64,000 bases of DNA from Antedon mediterranea (taxonomy: Eukaryota; Animalia; Echinodermata). Positions 37,901 through 53,090 of the stretch are shown piece after piece. The stretch's first letter is position 1. Each line of letters begins with the position of its first letter. The position numbers and the translations under genes are program-made. The notes below the pieces were generated by a model. It saw only the letters and a program-made list of their open reading frames with translations. It ran no database searches and was not told the origin of the DNA. The stretch spans positions 10,974,001 through 11,038,000 of the forward strand of contig NC_092680.1 in assembly GCF_964355755.1 (NCBI RefSeq), read 5' to 3'.

Positions 37901-40900
37901 ATGTTAACAAGTTTTTTCGAAAATCACAAAATGGTCTAAAACGTCTTCAAATGCGATTTGAAGCTATTCTGTACACTTTGATGTTTTGTGTGAAAAAGTT
38001 TTGTCGAAATGCTCAAAATGGTCTAAAACGTTTTTAAATACGATATTAAGCTATTTTGTGATCTTTGATGTTTTTGTGTGAAAAGTTTTATCGAAATGCT
38101 CAAAATGGTCTGAAACGGTTTCTAATGCGATTTGAAGCTATTCTGTACACTTTGAAGTTTTTTGTGAAAAAGTTTTCTCGAAATGCTCAAAATGGTCTAA
38201 AACGTTTTTATATACCATATTAAGCTAATTTGTGCACTTTGATGTTTTTTGTGAAAAGTTTTATCGAAATGCTCAAAATGGTCTAAAACGGTTTCTATTG
38301 TGATTTTAAGCACTTTGATGATTTTGTGTAACCAAGTTACATCGAAATGTACAAAATGGTCTAAAACGTCTCCAAATGCGATTTGAAGCTTTTCTAAGCA
38401 CTTTGGTGTTTTTATGTTAAGAAGTTTTTTCGAAAATCACGAAATGGTCTAAAATGTCTCCAAATGCGATTTGAAGATATTCTGAGCACTTTGGTGTTTT
38501 TATGTTAAAAAGTTTTTTCGAAAATCACAAAATGGTCTAAAACGTCTCCAAATGCGATTTGAAGCTCTTCTGTACACTTTGATGTTTTGTGTGAAAAAGT
38601 TTTGTCGAAATGCTCAAAATGGTCTGAAACGGTTTCTAATGCGATTTGAAGCTATTCTGTACACTTTGAAGTTTTGTGTGAAAAAGTTTTCTCGAAATGC
38701 TCAAAATGGTCTAAAACGTTTTTATATACCATATTAAGCTATTCTGTACACTTTGATGTTTTGTGTGAAAAAGTTTTGTCAAAATGCTCAAAATGGTCTA
38801 AAACGTTTTTAAAACGATATTAAGCTATTTTGTGCTCTTTGATGATTTTGTGTAACCAAGTTTCATCGAAATGTACAAAATGGTCTAAAACGTCTCCAAA
38901 TGCGATTTGAAGCTATTCTAAGTACTTTGGTGTTTTTATGTTAACAAGTTTTTTCAAAAATCACAAAATGGTCTAAAACGTCTCCAAATGCGATAAATGG
39001 TCTAAAACGTCTTCAAATGCGATTTGAAGCTATTCTGTACACTTTGATGTTTTGTGTGAACAAGTTTTGTCGAAATGCTCAAAATGGTCTAAAACGTTTT
39101 TAAATACGATATTAAGCTATTTGTGATCTTTGATGTTTTTGTGTGAAAAGTTTTATCGAAATGCTCAAAATGGTCTGAAACGGTTTCTAATGCGATTTGA
39201 AGCTATTCTGTACACTTTTAAGTTTTTTGTGAAAAAGTTTTCTCGAAATGCTCAAAATGGTCTAAAACGTTTTAATATACCATATTAAGCTATTTTGTGC
39301 ACTTTGATGTTTTTTGTGAAAAGTTTTATCGAAATGCTCAAAATGGTCTAAAACGGTTTCTATTGTGATTTTAAGCACTTTGATGATTTTGTGTAACCAA
39401 GTTTCATCGAAATGTACAAAATGGTCTAAAACGTCTCCAAATGCGATTTGAAGCTATTCTAAGTACTTTTGTGTTTTTATGTTAACAAGTTTTTTCGAAA
39501 ATCACAAAATGGTCTAAAACGTCTTCAAATGCGATTTGAAGCTATTCTGTACACTTTGATGTTTTGTGTGAAAAAGTTTTGTCGAAATGCTCAAAATGGT
39601 CTAAAACGTTTTTAAATACGATATTAAGCTATTTTGTGCTCTTTCATGTTTTTGTGTAACCAAGTTTCATCGAAAATCACAAAATGGTCTAAAACGTCTT
39701 CAAATGCGATTTGAAGCTATTCTGTACACTTTGATGTTTTGTGTGAAAAAGTTTTGTCAAAATGCTCAAAATGGTCTAAAACGTTTTTAAAACGATATTA
39801 AGCTATTTTGTGCTCTTTGATGTTTTTGTGTAACCAAGTTTCATCGAAAATCACAAAATGGTCTAAAACGTCTCCAAATGCGATTTGAAGCTTTTCTAAG
39901 CACTTTGGTGTTTTTATGTTAACAAGTTTTTTCGAAAATCACGAAATGGTCTAAAATGTCTCCAAATGCGATTTGAAGATATTCTGAGCACTTTGATGTT
40001 TTTGTGTGAAAAGTTTTATCGAAATGCTCAAAATGGTCTAAAATGGTTTCTAATGCGATTTGAAGCTATTCTGTACACTTTGAAGTTTTTTGTGAAAAAG
40101 TTTTCTCGAAATGCTCAAAATGGTCTAAAACGTTTTTATATACCATATTAAGCTATTTTGTGCACTTTTATGTTTTGTGTGAAAAAGTTTTGTCGAAATT
40201 CTCAAAATGGTCTAAAACGTTTTTAAATACGATATTAAGCTGTTTTGTGCACTTTGATGATTTGTGTGAAAAGTTTTAACGAAATGCTCAAAATGGTCAA
40301 AAACGGTTTCTAATGTGATTTTAAGCACTTTGATGTTTTTGTGTAACCAAGTTTTTTCAAAAATCACAAAATGGTCTAAAACGTCTCCAAATGCGATTTG
40401 AAGCTTTTCTAAGCACTTTTGTGTTTTTATGTTAACAAGTTTTTTCGAAAATCACAAAATGGTCTAAAACGTCTTCAAATGCGATTTGAAGATATTCTGA
40501 GCACTTTGGTGTTTTTATGTTAAAAAGTTTTTTCGAAAATCACAAAATAGTCTAAAACGTCTCCAAATGCGATTTGAAGCTATTCTGTACACTTTGATGT
40601 TTTGTGTGAAAAAGTTTTGTCGAAATGCTCAAAATGGTCTAAAACGTTTTTAAAACGATATTAAGCTATTTTGTGCTCTTTGATGTTTTTGTGTAACCAA
40701 GTTTCATCGAAAATCACAAAATGGTCTAAAACGTCTCCAAATGCGATTTGAAGCTTTTCTAAGCACTTTGGTGTTTTTATGTTAACAAGTTTTTTCGAAA
40801 ATCTTGAAATGGTCTAAAATGTCTCCAAATGCGATTTGAAGATATTCTGAGCACTTTGGTGTTTTTATGTTAAAAAGTTTTTTCGAAAATCACAAAATGG

Positions 40901-43900
40901 TCTAAAACGTCTCCAAATGCGATTTGAAGCTCTTCTGTACACTTTGATGTTTTGTGTGAAAAAGATTTGTCGATATGCTCAAAATGGTCTAAAACGTTTT
41001 TAAATACGATATTAAGCTATTTTGTGCACTTTGATGTTTTATGTGAAAAGTTTTATCGAAATGCTCAAAATGGTCTAAAACGGTTTCTATTGTGATTTTA
41101 AGCACTTTGATGATTTTGTGTAACCAAGTTTCATCGAAAATCACAAAATGGTCTAAAACGTCTCCAAATGCGATTTGAAGCTTTTCTAAGCACTTTGGTG
41201 TTTTTATGTTAACAAGTTTTTTCGAAAATCACAAAATGGTCTAAAACGTCTCCAAATGCGATTTGAGGATATTCTTAGCACTTTGGTGTTTTTATGTTAA
41301 AAAGTTTTTTCGAAAATCACAAAATGGTCTAAAACGTCTCCAAATGCGATTTGAAGCTATTCTGTACACTTTGATGTTTTGTGTGAAAAAGTTTTGTCGA
41401 AATGCTCAAAATGGTCTAAAACGTTTTTAAAACGATATTAAGCTATTTTGTGCTCTTTTATGTTTTTGTGTAACCAAGTTTCATCGAAATCAACAAAATG
41501 GTCTAATACGTCTCCAAATGCGATTTGAAGTTTTTCCAAGCACTTTGCTGTTTTTATGTTAACAAGTTTTTTCGAAAATCACAAAATGGTCTAAAACGTC
41601 TTCAAATGCGATTTGAAGCTATTCTGTACACTTTGATGTTTTGTGTGAAAAAGTTTTGTCGAAATGCTCTAAATGGTCTAAAACGTTTTTAAATACGATA
41701 TTAAGCTATTTTGTGATCTTTGATGTTTTTGGGTGAAAAGTTTTATCGAAATGCTCAAAATGGTCTAAAACGGTTTCTATTGTGATTTTAAGCACTTTGA
41801 TGATTTTGTGTAACCAAGTTTCATCGAAATGTACAAAATGGTCTAAAACGTCTCCAAATGCGATTTGAAGCTATTCTAAGTACTTTTGTGTTTTTATGTT
41901 AACAAGTTTTTTCGAAAATCACAAAATGGTCTAAAACGTCTTCAAATGCGATTTGAAGCTATTCTGTACACTTTGATGTTTTGTGTGAAAAAGTTTTGTC
42001 GAAATGCTCAAAATGGTCTAAAACGTTTTTAAATACGATATTAAGCTATTTTGTGATCTTTGATGTTTTTGTGTGAAAAGTTTTATCGAAATCCTCAAAA
42101 TGGTCTGAAACGGTTTCTAATGCGATTTGAAGCTATTCTGTACACTTTGAAGTTTTTTGTGAAAAAGTTTTCTCGAAATGCTCAAAATGGTCTAAAACGT
42201 TTTTATATACCATATTAAGCTATTTTGTGCACTTTGATGTTTTTTGTGAAAAATTTTATCGAAATGCTCAAAATGGTCTAAAACGGTTTCTATTGTGATT
42301 TTAAGCACTTTGATGATTTTGTGTAACCAAGTTTCATCGAAATGTACAAAATGGTCTAAAACGTCTCCAAATGCGATTTGAAGCTATTCTAAGTACTTTT
42401 GTGTTTTTATGTTAACAAGTTTTTTCGAAAATCACAAAATGGTCTAAAACGTCTTCAAATGCGATTTGAAGCTATTCTGTACACTTTGATGTTTTGTGTG
42501 AAAAAGTTTTGTCGAAATGCTCAAAATGGTCTAAAACGTTTTTAAATACGATATTAAGCTATTTTGTGATCTTTGATGTTTTTGTGTGAAAAGTTTTATC
42601 GAAATGCTCAAAATGGTCTAAAATGGTTTCTATTGTGATTTTAAGCACTTTGATGATTTTGTGTAACCAAGTTTCATCGAAATGTACAAAATGGTCTAAA
42701 ACGTCTCCAAATGCGATTTGAAGCTATTCTAAGTACTTTTGTGTTTTTATGATAACAAGTTTTTTCGAAAATCACAAAATGGTCTAAAACGTTTTCAAAT
42801 GCGATTTGAAGCTATTCTGTACACTTTGGTGTTTTTATGTTAAAAAGTTTTTTCGAAAATCACAAAATGGTCTAAAACGTCTCAAAATGCAATTTGAAGC
42901 TATTCTGTACACTTTGATGTTTTGTGTGAAAAAGTTTTGTCGAAATGCTCAAAATGGTCTAAAACGTTTTTAAAACGATATTAAGCTATTTTGTGCTCTT
43001 TGATGTTTTTGTTTAACCAAGTTTCATCGAAAATCACAAAATGGTCTAAAACGTCTCCAAATGCGATTTGAAGCTTTTCTAAGCACTTTGGTGTTTTGTG
43101 TGAAAAAGTTTTGTCGAAATTCTCAAAATGGTCTAAAACGTTTTTAAATACGATATTAAGCTGTTTTGTGCACTTTGATGATTTGTGTGAAAAGTTTTAA
43201 CGAAATGCTCAAAATGGTCAAAAACGGTTTCTAATGTGTTTTTAAGCACTTTGATGTTTTTGTGTAACCAAGTTTTTTCGAAAATCACAAAATGGTCTAA
43301 AACGTCTCCAAAAGCGATTTGAAGCTTTTCTAAGCACTTTGGTGTTTTTATGTTAACAAATTTTTTTGAAAATCACAAAATGGTCTAAAACGTCTCCAAA
43401 TGCGATTTGAAGATATTCTGAGCACTTTGGTGTTTTTATGTTAAAAAGTTTTTTCGAAAATCACAAAATAGTCTAAAACGTCTCCAAATGCGATTTGAAG
43501 CTATTCTGTACACTTTGATGTTTTGTGTGAAAAAGTTTTGTCGAAATACTCAAAATGGTCTAAAACGTTTTTAAAACGATATTAAGCTATTTTGTGCTCT
43601 TTGATGTTTTTGTGTAACCAAGTTTCATCGAAAATCACAAAATGGTCTAAAACGTCTCCAAATGCGATTTGAAGCTTTTCTAAGCACTTTGGTGTTTTTA
43701 TGTTAACAAGTTTTTTCGAAAATCACGAAATGGTCTAAAATGTCTCCAAATGCGATTTGAAGATATTCTGAGCACTTTGGTGTTTTTATGTTAAAAAGTT
43801 TTTTCGAAAATCACAAAATGGTCTAAAACGTCTCCAAATGCGATTTGAAGCTCTTCTGTACACTTTGATGTTTTGTGTGAAAAAGTTTTGTCGAAATGCT

Positions 43901-46900
43901 CAAAATGGTCTAAAACGTTTTTAAATACGATATTAAGCTGTTTTGTGCACTTTAATGATTTGTGTGAAAAGTTTTAACGAAATGCTCAAAATGGTCTAAA
44001 ACGGTTTCTAATGTGATTTTAAGCACTTTGATGTTTTTGTGTAACCAAGTTTTTTCGAAAATCACAAAATGGTCTAAAACGTCTCCAAATGCGATTTGAA
44101 GCTTTTCTAAGCACTTTGGTGTTTTTATGTTAACAAGTTTTTTCGAAAATCACAAAATGGTCTAAAACGTCTCCAAATGCGATTTGAGGATATTCTGAGC
44201 ACTTTGGTGTTTTTATGTTAAAAAGTTTTTTCGAAAATCACAAAATGGTCTAAAACGTCTCAAAATGCGATTTGAAGCTATTCTGTACACTTTGATGTTT
44301 TGTGTGAAAAAGTTTTGTCGAAATGCTCAAAATGGTCTAAAACGTTTTTAAAACGATATTAAGCTATTTTGTGCTCTTTGATGTTTTTGTGTAACCAAGT
44401 TTCATCGAAATCAACAAAATGGTCTAATACGTCTCCAAATGCGATTTGAAGCTTTTCCAAGCACTTTGCTGTTTTTATGTTAACAAGTTTTTTCGAAAAT
44501 CAAAAAATGGTCTAAAACGTCTTCAAATGCGATTTGAAGCTATTCTGTACACTTTGATGTTTTGTGTGAAAAAGTTTTGTCGAAATGCTCAAAATGGTCT
44601 AAAACGTTTTTAAATACGATATTAAGCTATTTTGTGATCTTTGATGTTTTTGTGTGAAAAGTTTTATCGAAATGCTCAAAATGGTCTAAAACGGTTTCTA
44701 ATGCGATTTGAAGCTATTCTGTACACTTTGAAGTTTTTTGTGAAAAAGTTTTCTCGAAATGCTCAAAATGGTCTAAAAAGTTTTTATATACCATATTAAG
44801 CTATTTTGTGCACTTTGATGTTTTTTGTGAAAAGTTTTATCGAAATGCTCAAAATGGTCTAAAACGGTTTCTATTGTGATTTTAAGCACTTTGATGATTT
44901 TGTATAACCAAGTTTCATCGAAATGTACAAAATGGTCTAAAACGTCTCCAAATGCGATTTGAAGCTATTCTAAGTACTTTTGTGTTTTTATGTTAACAAG
45001 TTTTTTCGAAAATCACAAAATGGTCTAAAACGTCTTCAAATGCGATTTGAAGCTATTCTGTACACTTTGATGTTTTGTGTGAAAAAGTTTTGTCGAGATG
45101 CTCAAAATGGTCTAAAACGTTTTTAAATACGATATTAAGCTATTTTGTGATCTTTGATGTTTTTGTGTGAAAAGTTTTATCGAAATGCTCAAAATGGTCT
45201 AAAACGGTTTCTAATGCGATTTGAAGCTATTCTGTACACTTTGAAGTTTTTTGTGAAAAAGTTTTCTCGAAATGCTCAAAATGGTCTAAAACGTTTTTAT
45301 ATACCATATTAAGCTATTTTGTGCACTTTGATGTTTTTTGTGAAAAGTTTTATCGAAATTCTCAAAATGGTCTAAAACGGTTTCTATTGTGACTTTAAGC
45401 ACTTTGATGATTTTGTGTAACCAAGTTTCATCGAAATGTACAAAATGGTCTAAAACGTCTCCAAATGCGATTTGAAGCTCTTCTGTACACTTTGATGTTT
45501 TGTGTGAAAAAGTTTTGTCGAAATTCTCAAAATGGTCTAAAACGTTTTTAAATACGATATTAAGCTGTTTTGTGCACTTTGATGATTTGTGTGAAAAGTT
45601 TTAACGAAATGCTCAAAATGGTCAAAAACGGTTTCTAATGTGATTTTAAACACTTTGATGTTTTTTTGTAACCAAGTTTTTTCAAAAATCACAAAATGGT
45701 CTAAAACGTCTCCAAATGCGATTTGAAGCTTTTCTAAGCACTTTGGTGTTTTTATGTTAACAAGTTTTTTCGAAAATCACAAAATTGTCTAAAACGTCTC
45801 CAAATGCGATTTGAAGATATTCTGAGCACTTTGGTGTTTTTATGTTAAAAAGTTTTTTCGAAAATCACAAAATAGTCTAAACCGTCTCAAAATGCGATTT
45901 GAAGCTATTCTGTACACTTTGATGTTTTGTGTGAAAAAGTTTTGTCGAAATGCTCAAAATGGTCTAAAACGTTTTTAAAACGATATTAAGCTATTTTGTG
46001 CTCTTTTATGTTTTTGTGTAACCAAGTTTCATCGAAATCAACAAAATGGTCTAATACGTCTCCAAATGCGATTTGAAGCTTTTCTAAGCACTTTGGTGTT
46101 TTTATGTTAACAAGTTTTTTCGAAAATCTCAAAATGGTCTAAAACGTCTCCAAATGCGATTTGAAGATATTCTGAGCACTTTGGTGTTTTTATGTTAAAA
46201 AGTTTTTTCGAAAATCACAAAATGGTCTAAAACGTCTCCAAATGCGATTTGAAGCTCTTCTGTACACTTTGATGTTTTGTGTGAAAAAGATTTGTCGATA
46301 TGCTCAAAATGGTCTAAAACGTTTTTAAATACGATATTAAGCTATTTTGTGCACTTTGATGTTTTATGTGAAAAATTTTATCGAAATGCTCAAAATGGTC
46401 TAAAACGGTTTCTATTGTGATTTTAAGCACTTTGATGATTTTGTGTAACCAAGTTTCATCGAAAATCACAAAATGGTCTAAAACGTCTCCAAATGCGATT
46501 TGAAGCTTTTCTAAGCACTTTGGTGTTTTTATGTTAACAAGTTTTTTCGAAAATCACAAAATGGTCTAAAACGTCTCAAAATGCGATTTGAAGCTATTCT
46601 GTACACTTTGATGTTTTGTGTGAAAAAGTTTTGTCGAAATGCTCAAAATGGTCTAAAACGTTTTTAAAACGATATTAAGCTATTTTGTGCTCTTTGATGT
46701 TTTTGTGTAACCAAGTTTCATCGAAATCAACAAAATGGTCTAATACGTCTCCAAATGCGATTTGAAGCTTTTCCAAGCACTTTGCTGTTTTTATGTTAAC
46801 AAGTTTTTTCGAAAATCAAAAAATGGTCTAAAACGTCTTCAAATGCGATTTGAAGCTATTCTGTACACTTTGATGTTTTGTGTGAAAAAGTTTTGTCGAA

Positions 46901-48099
46901 ATGCTCAAAATGGTCTAAAACGTTTTTAAATACGATATTAAGCTATTTTGTGATCTTTGATGTTTTTGTGTGAAAAGTTTTATCGAAATGCTCAAAATGG
47001 TCTAAAACGGTTTCAAATGCGATTTGAAGCTATTCTGTACACTTTGAAGTTTTTTGTGAAAAAGTTTTCTCGAAATGCTCAAAATGGTCTAAAAAGTTTT
47101 TATATACCATATTAAGCTATTTTGTGCACTTTGATGTTTTTTGTGAAAAGTTTTATCGAAATGCTCAAAATGGTCTAAAACGGTTTCTATTGTGATTTTA
47201 AGCACTTTGATGATTTTGTATAACCAAGTTTCATCGAAATGTACAAAATGGTCTAAAACGTCTCCAAATGCGATTTGAAGCTATTCTAAGTACTTTTGTG
47301 TTTTTATGTTAACAAGTTTTTTCGAAAATCACAAAATGGTCTAAAACGTCTTCAAATGCGATTTGAAGCTATTCTGTACACTTTGATGTTTTGTGTGAAA
47401 AAGTTTTGTCGAGATGCTCAAAATGGTCTAAAACGTTTTTAAATACGATATTAAGCTATTTTGTGATCTTTGATGTTTTTGTGTGAAAAGTTTTATCGAA
47501 ATGCTCAAAATGGTCTAAAACGGTTTCTAATGCGATTTGAAGCTATTCTGTACACTTTGAAGTTTTTTGTGAAAAAGTTTTCTCGAAATGCTCAAAATGG
47601 TCTAAAACGTTTTTATATACCATATTAAGCTATTTTGTGCACTTTGATGTTTTTTGTGAAAAGTTTTATCGAAATTCTCAAAATGGTCTAAAACGGTTTC
47701 TATTGTGACTTTAAGCACTTTGATGATTTTGTGTAACCAAGTTTCATCGAAATGTACAAAATGGTCTAAAACGTCTCCAAATGCGATTTGAAGCTCTTCT
47801 GTACACTTTGATGTTTTGTGTGAAAAAGTTTTGTCGAAATTCTCAAAATGGTCTAAAACGTTTTAAAATACGATATTAAGCTGTTTTGTGCACTTTGATG
47901 ATTTGTGTGAAAAGTTTTAACGAAATGCTCAAAATGGTCAAAAACGGTTTCTAATGTGATTTTAAACACTTTGATGTTTTTGTGTAACCAAGTTTTTTCA
48001 AAAATCACAAAATGGTCTAAAACGTCTCCAAATGCGATTTGAAGCTTTTCTAAGCACTTTGGTGTTTTTATGTTAACAAGTTTTTTCGAAAATCACAAA

Positions 48100-51000
48100 A
48101 TGGTCTAAAACGTCTCCAAATGCGATTTGAGGATATTCTGAGCACTTTGGTGTTTTTTTGTTAAAAAGTTTTTTCGAAAATCACAAAATGGTCTAAAACG
48201 TCTCCAAATGCGATTTGAAGCTATTCTGTACACTTTGATGTTTTGTGTGAAAAAGTTTTGTCGAAATGCTCAAAATGGTCTAAAACGTTTTTAAATACGA
48301 TATTAAGCTATTTTGTGATCTTTGATGTTTTTGTGTGAAAAGTTTTATCGAAATGCTCAAAATGGTCTAAAACGGTTTCTATTGTGATTTTAAGCACTTT
48401 GATGATTTTGTGTAACCAAGTTTCATCGAAATGTACAAAATGGTCTAAAACGTCTCCAAATGCGATTTGAAGCTATTCTAAGTACTTTTGTGTTTTTATG
48501 TTAACAAGTTTTTTCGAAAATCACAAAATGGTCTAAAACGTCTTCAAATGCGATTTGAAGCTATTCTGTACACTTTGATGTTTTGTGTGAAAAAGTTTTG
48601 TCAAAATGCTCAAAATGGTCTAAAACGTTTTTAAAACGATATTAAGCTATTTTGTGCTCTTTGATGTTTTTGTGTAACCAAGTTTCATCGAAAATCACAA
48701 AATGGTCTAAAACGTCTCCAAATGCGATTTGAAGCTTTTCTAAGCACTTTGGTGTTTTTATGTTAACAAGTTTTTTCGAAAATCACAAAATGGTCTAAAA
48801 CGTCTCCAAATGCGATTTGAAGCTCTTCTGTACACTTTGATGTTTTGTTTGAAAAAGTTTTGTCGAAATTCTCAAAATGGTCTAAAACGTTTTTAAATAC
48901 GATATTAAGCTGTTTTGTGCACTTTGACGATTTGTGTGAAAAGTTTTAACGAAATGCTCAAAATGGTCTAAAACGGTTTCTAATGTGATTTTAAGCACTT
49001 TGATGTTTTTGTGTAACCAAGTTTTTTCGAAAATCACAAAATAGTCTAAAACGTCTCCAAATGCGATTTGAAGCTTTTCTAAGCACTTTGGTGTTTTTAT
49101 GTTAACAAGTTTTTTCGAAAATCACAAAATGGTCTAAAACGTCTCCAAATGCGATTTGAGGATATTCTGAGCACTTTGGTGTTTTTTTGTTAAAAAGTTT
49201 TTTCGAAAATCACAAAATGGTCTAAAACGTCTCCAAATGCGATTTGAAGCTATTCTGTACACTTTGATGTTTTGTGTGAAAAAGTTTTGTCGAAATGCTC
49301 AAAATGGTCTAAAACGTTTTTAAATACGATATTAAGCTATTTTGTGATCTTTGATGTTTTTGTGTGAAAAGTTTTATCGAAATGCTCAAAATGGTCTAAA
49401 ACGGTTTCTATTGTGATTTTAAGCACTTTGATGATTTTGTGTAACCAAGTTTCATCGAAATGTACAAAATGGTCTAAAACGTCTCCAAATGCGATTTGAA
49501 GCTATTCTAAGTACTTTTGTGTTTTTATGTTAACAAGTTTTTTCGAAAATCACAAAATGGTCTAAAACGTCTTCAAATGCGATTTGAAGCTATTCTGTAC
49601 ACTTTGATGTTTTGTGTGAAAAAGTTTTGTCAAAATGCTCAAAATGGTCTAAAACGTTTTTAAAACGATATTAAGCTATTTTGTGCTCTTTGATGTTTTT
49701 GTGTAACCAAGTTTCATCGAAAATCACAAAATGGTCTAAAACGTCTCCAAATGCGATTTGAAGCTTTTCTAAGCACTTTGGTGTTTTTATGTTAACAAGT
49801 TTTTTCGAAAATCACAAAATGGTCTAAAACGTCTCCAAATGCGATTTGAAGCTCTTCTGTACACTTTGATGTTTTGTTTGAAAAAGTTTTGTCGAAATTC
49901 TCAAAATGGTCTAAAACGTTTTTAAATACGATATTAAGCTGTTTTGTGCACTTTGACGATTTGTGTGAAAAGTTTTAACGAAATGCTCAAAATGGTCTAA
50001 AACGGTTTCTAATGTGATTTTAAGCACTTTGATGTTTTTGTGTAACCAAGTTTTTTCGAAAATCACAAAATAGTCTAAAACGTCTCCAAATGCGATTTGA
50101 AGCTTTTCTAAGCACTTTGGTGTTTTTATGTTAACAAGTTTTTTCGAAAATCACAAAATGGTCTAAAACGTCTCCAAATGCGATTTGAAGCTCTTCTGTA
50201 CACTTTGATGTTTTGTTTGAAAAAGTTTTGTCGAAATTCTCAAAATGGTCTAAAACGTTTTTAAATACGATATTAAGCTGTTTTGTGCACTTTGACGATT
50301 TGTGTGAAAAGTTTTAACGAAATGCTCAAAATGGTCTAAAACGGTTTCTAATGTGATTTTAAGCACTTTGATGTTTTTGTGTAACCAAGTTTTTTCGAAA
50401 ATCACAAAATAGTCTAAAACGTCTTCAAATGCGATTTGAAGCTATTCTGTACACTTTGATGTTTTGTGTGAAAAAGTTTTGTCAAAATGCTCAAAATGGT
50501 CTAAAACGTTTTTAAAACGATATTAAGCTATTTTGTGCTCTTTGATGTTTTTGTGTAACCAAGTTTCATCGAAAATCACAAAATGGTCTAAAACGTCTCC
50601 AAATGCGATTTGAAGCTTTTCTAAGCACTTTGGTGTTTTTATGTTAACAAGTTTTTTCGAAAATCACAAAATGGTCTAAAACGTCTCCAAATGCGATTTG
50701 AAGCTCTTCTGTACACTTTGATGTTTTGTTTGAAAAAGTTTTGTCGAAATTCTCAAAATGGTCTAAAACGTTTTTAAATACGATATTAAGCTGTTTTGTG
50801 CACTTTGACGATTTGTGTGAAAAGTTTTAACGAAATGCTCAAAATGGTCTAAAACGGTTTCTAATGTGATTTTAAGCACTTTGATGTTTTTGTGTAACCA
50901 AGTTTTTTCGAAAATCACAAAATAGTCTAAAACGTCTCCAAATGCGATTTGAAGCTTTTCTAAGCACTTTGGTGTTTTTATGTTAACAAGTTTTTTCGAA

Positions 51001-53090
51001 AATCACAAAATGGTCTAAAACGTCTCCAAATGCGATTTGAGGATATTCTGAGCACTTTGGTGTTTTTTTGTTAAAAAGTTTTTTCGAAAATCACAAAATG
51101 GTCTAAAACGTCTCCAAATGCGATTTGAAGCTATTCTGTACACTTTGATGTTTTGTGTGAAAAAGTTTTGTCGAAATGCTCAAAATGGTCTAAAACGTTT
51201 TTAAATACGATATTAAGCTATTTTGTGATCTTTGATGTTTTTGTGTGAAAAGTTTTATCGAAATGCTCAAAATGGTCTAAAACGGTTTCTATTGTGATTT
51301 TAAGCACTTTGATGATTTTGTGTAACCAAGTTTCATCGAAATGTACAAAATGGTCTAAAACGTCTCCAAATGCGATTTGAAGCTATTCTAAGTACTTTTG
51401 TGTTTTTATGTTAACAAGTTTTTTCGAAAATCACAAAATGGTCTAAAACGTCTTCAAATGCGATTTGAAGCTATTCTGTACACTTTGATGTTTTGTGTGA
51501 AAAAGTTTTGTCAAAATGCTCAAAATGGTCTAAAACGTTTTTAAAACGATATTAAGCTATTTTGTGCTCTTTGATGTTTTTGTGTAACCAAGTTTCATCG
51601 AAAATCACAAAATGGTCTAAAACGTCTCCAAATGCGATTTGAAGCTTTTCTAAGCACTTTGGTGTTTTTATGTTAACAAGTTTTTTCGAAAATCACAAAA
51701 TGGTCTAAAACGTCTCCAAATGCGATTTGAAGCTCTTCTGTACACTTTGATGTTTTGTTTGAAAAAGTTTTGTCGAAATTCTCAAAATGGTCTAAAACGT
51801 TTTTAAATACGATATTAAGCTGTTTTGTGCACTTTGACGATTTGTGTGAAAAGTTTTAACGAAATGCTCAAAATGGTCTAAAACGGTTTCTAATGTGATT
51901 TTAAGCACTTTGATGTTTTTGTGTAACCAAGTTTTTTCGAAAATCACAAAATAGTCTAAAACGTCTCCAAATGCGATTTGAAGCTTTTCTAAGCACTTTG
52001 GTGTTTTTATGTTAACAAGTTTTTTCGAAAATCACAAAATGGTCTAAAACGTCTCCAAATGCGATTTGAAGCTCTTCTGTACACTTTGATGTTTTGTTTG
52101 AAAAAGTTTTGTCGAAATTCTCAAAATGGTCTAAAACGTTTTTAAATACGATATTAAGCTGTTTTGTGCACTTTGACGATTTGTGTGAAAAGTTTTAACG
52201 AAATGCTCAAAATGGTCTAAAACGGTTTCTAATGTGATTTTAAGCACTTTGATGTTTTTGTGTAACCAAGTTTTTTCGAAAATCACAAAATAGTCTAAAA
52301 CGTCTCCAAATGCGATTTGAAGCTTTTCTAAGCACTTTGGTGTTTTTATGTTAACAAGTTTTTTCGAAAATCACAAAATGGTCTAAAACGTCTCCAAATG
52401 CGATTTGAGGATATTCTGAGCACTTAGGTGTTTTTTTGTTAAAAAGTTTTTTCGAAAATCACAAAATGGTCTAAAACGTCTCCAAATGCGATTTGAAGCT
52501 ATTCTGTACACTTTGATGTTTTGTGTGAAAAAGTTTTGTCGAAATGCTCAAAATGGTCTAAAACGTTTTTAAATACGATATTAAGCTATTTTGTGATCTT
52601 TGATGTTTTTGTGTGAAAAGTTTTATCGAAATGCTCAAAATGGTCTAAAACGGTTTCTATTGTGATTTTAAGCACTTTGATGATTTTGTGTAACCAAGTT
52701 TCATCGAAATGTACAAAATGGTCTAAAACGTCTCCAAATGCGATTTGAAGCTATTCTAAGTACTTTTGTGTTTTTATGTTAACAAGTTTTTTCGAAAATC
52801 ACAAAATGGTCTAAAACGTCTTCAAATGCGATTTGAAGCTATTCTGTACACTTTGATGTTTTGTGTGAAAAAGTTTTGTCAAAATGCTCAAAATGGTCTA
52901 AAACGTTTTTAAAACGATATTAAGCTATTTTGTGCTCTTTGATGTTTTTGTGTAACCAAGTTTCATCGAAAATCACAAAATGGTCTAAAACGTCTCCAAA
53001 TGCGATTTGAAGCTTTTCTAAGCACTTTGGTGTTTTTATGTTAACAAGTTTTTTCGAAAATCACAAAATGGTCTAAAACGTCTCCAAATG
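48100..53090 (+). repeat. Highly homogeneous sub-array built on a 12-monomer 1029-bp HOR, containing a 1881-bp tandem duplication (48531-50411 / 50412-52292)
   Basis: The private variant TTTGACGATT has its C at 48928, 49957, 50296, 50809, 51838 and 52177 (spacings 1029, 339, 513, 1029, 339). The GTTTTGTTTGAAAAAG variant co-occurs. Confidence 0.88.
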
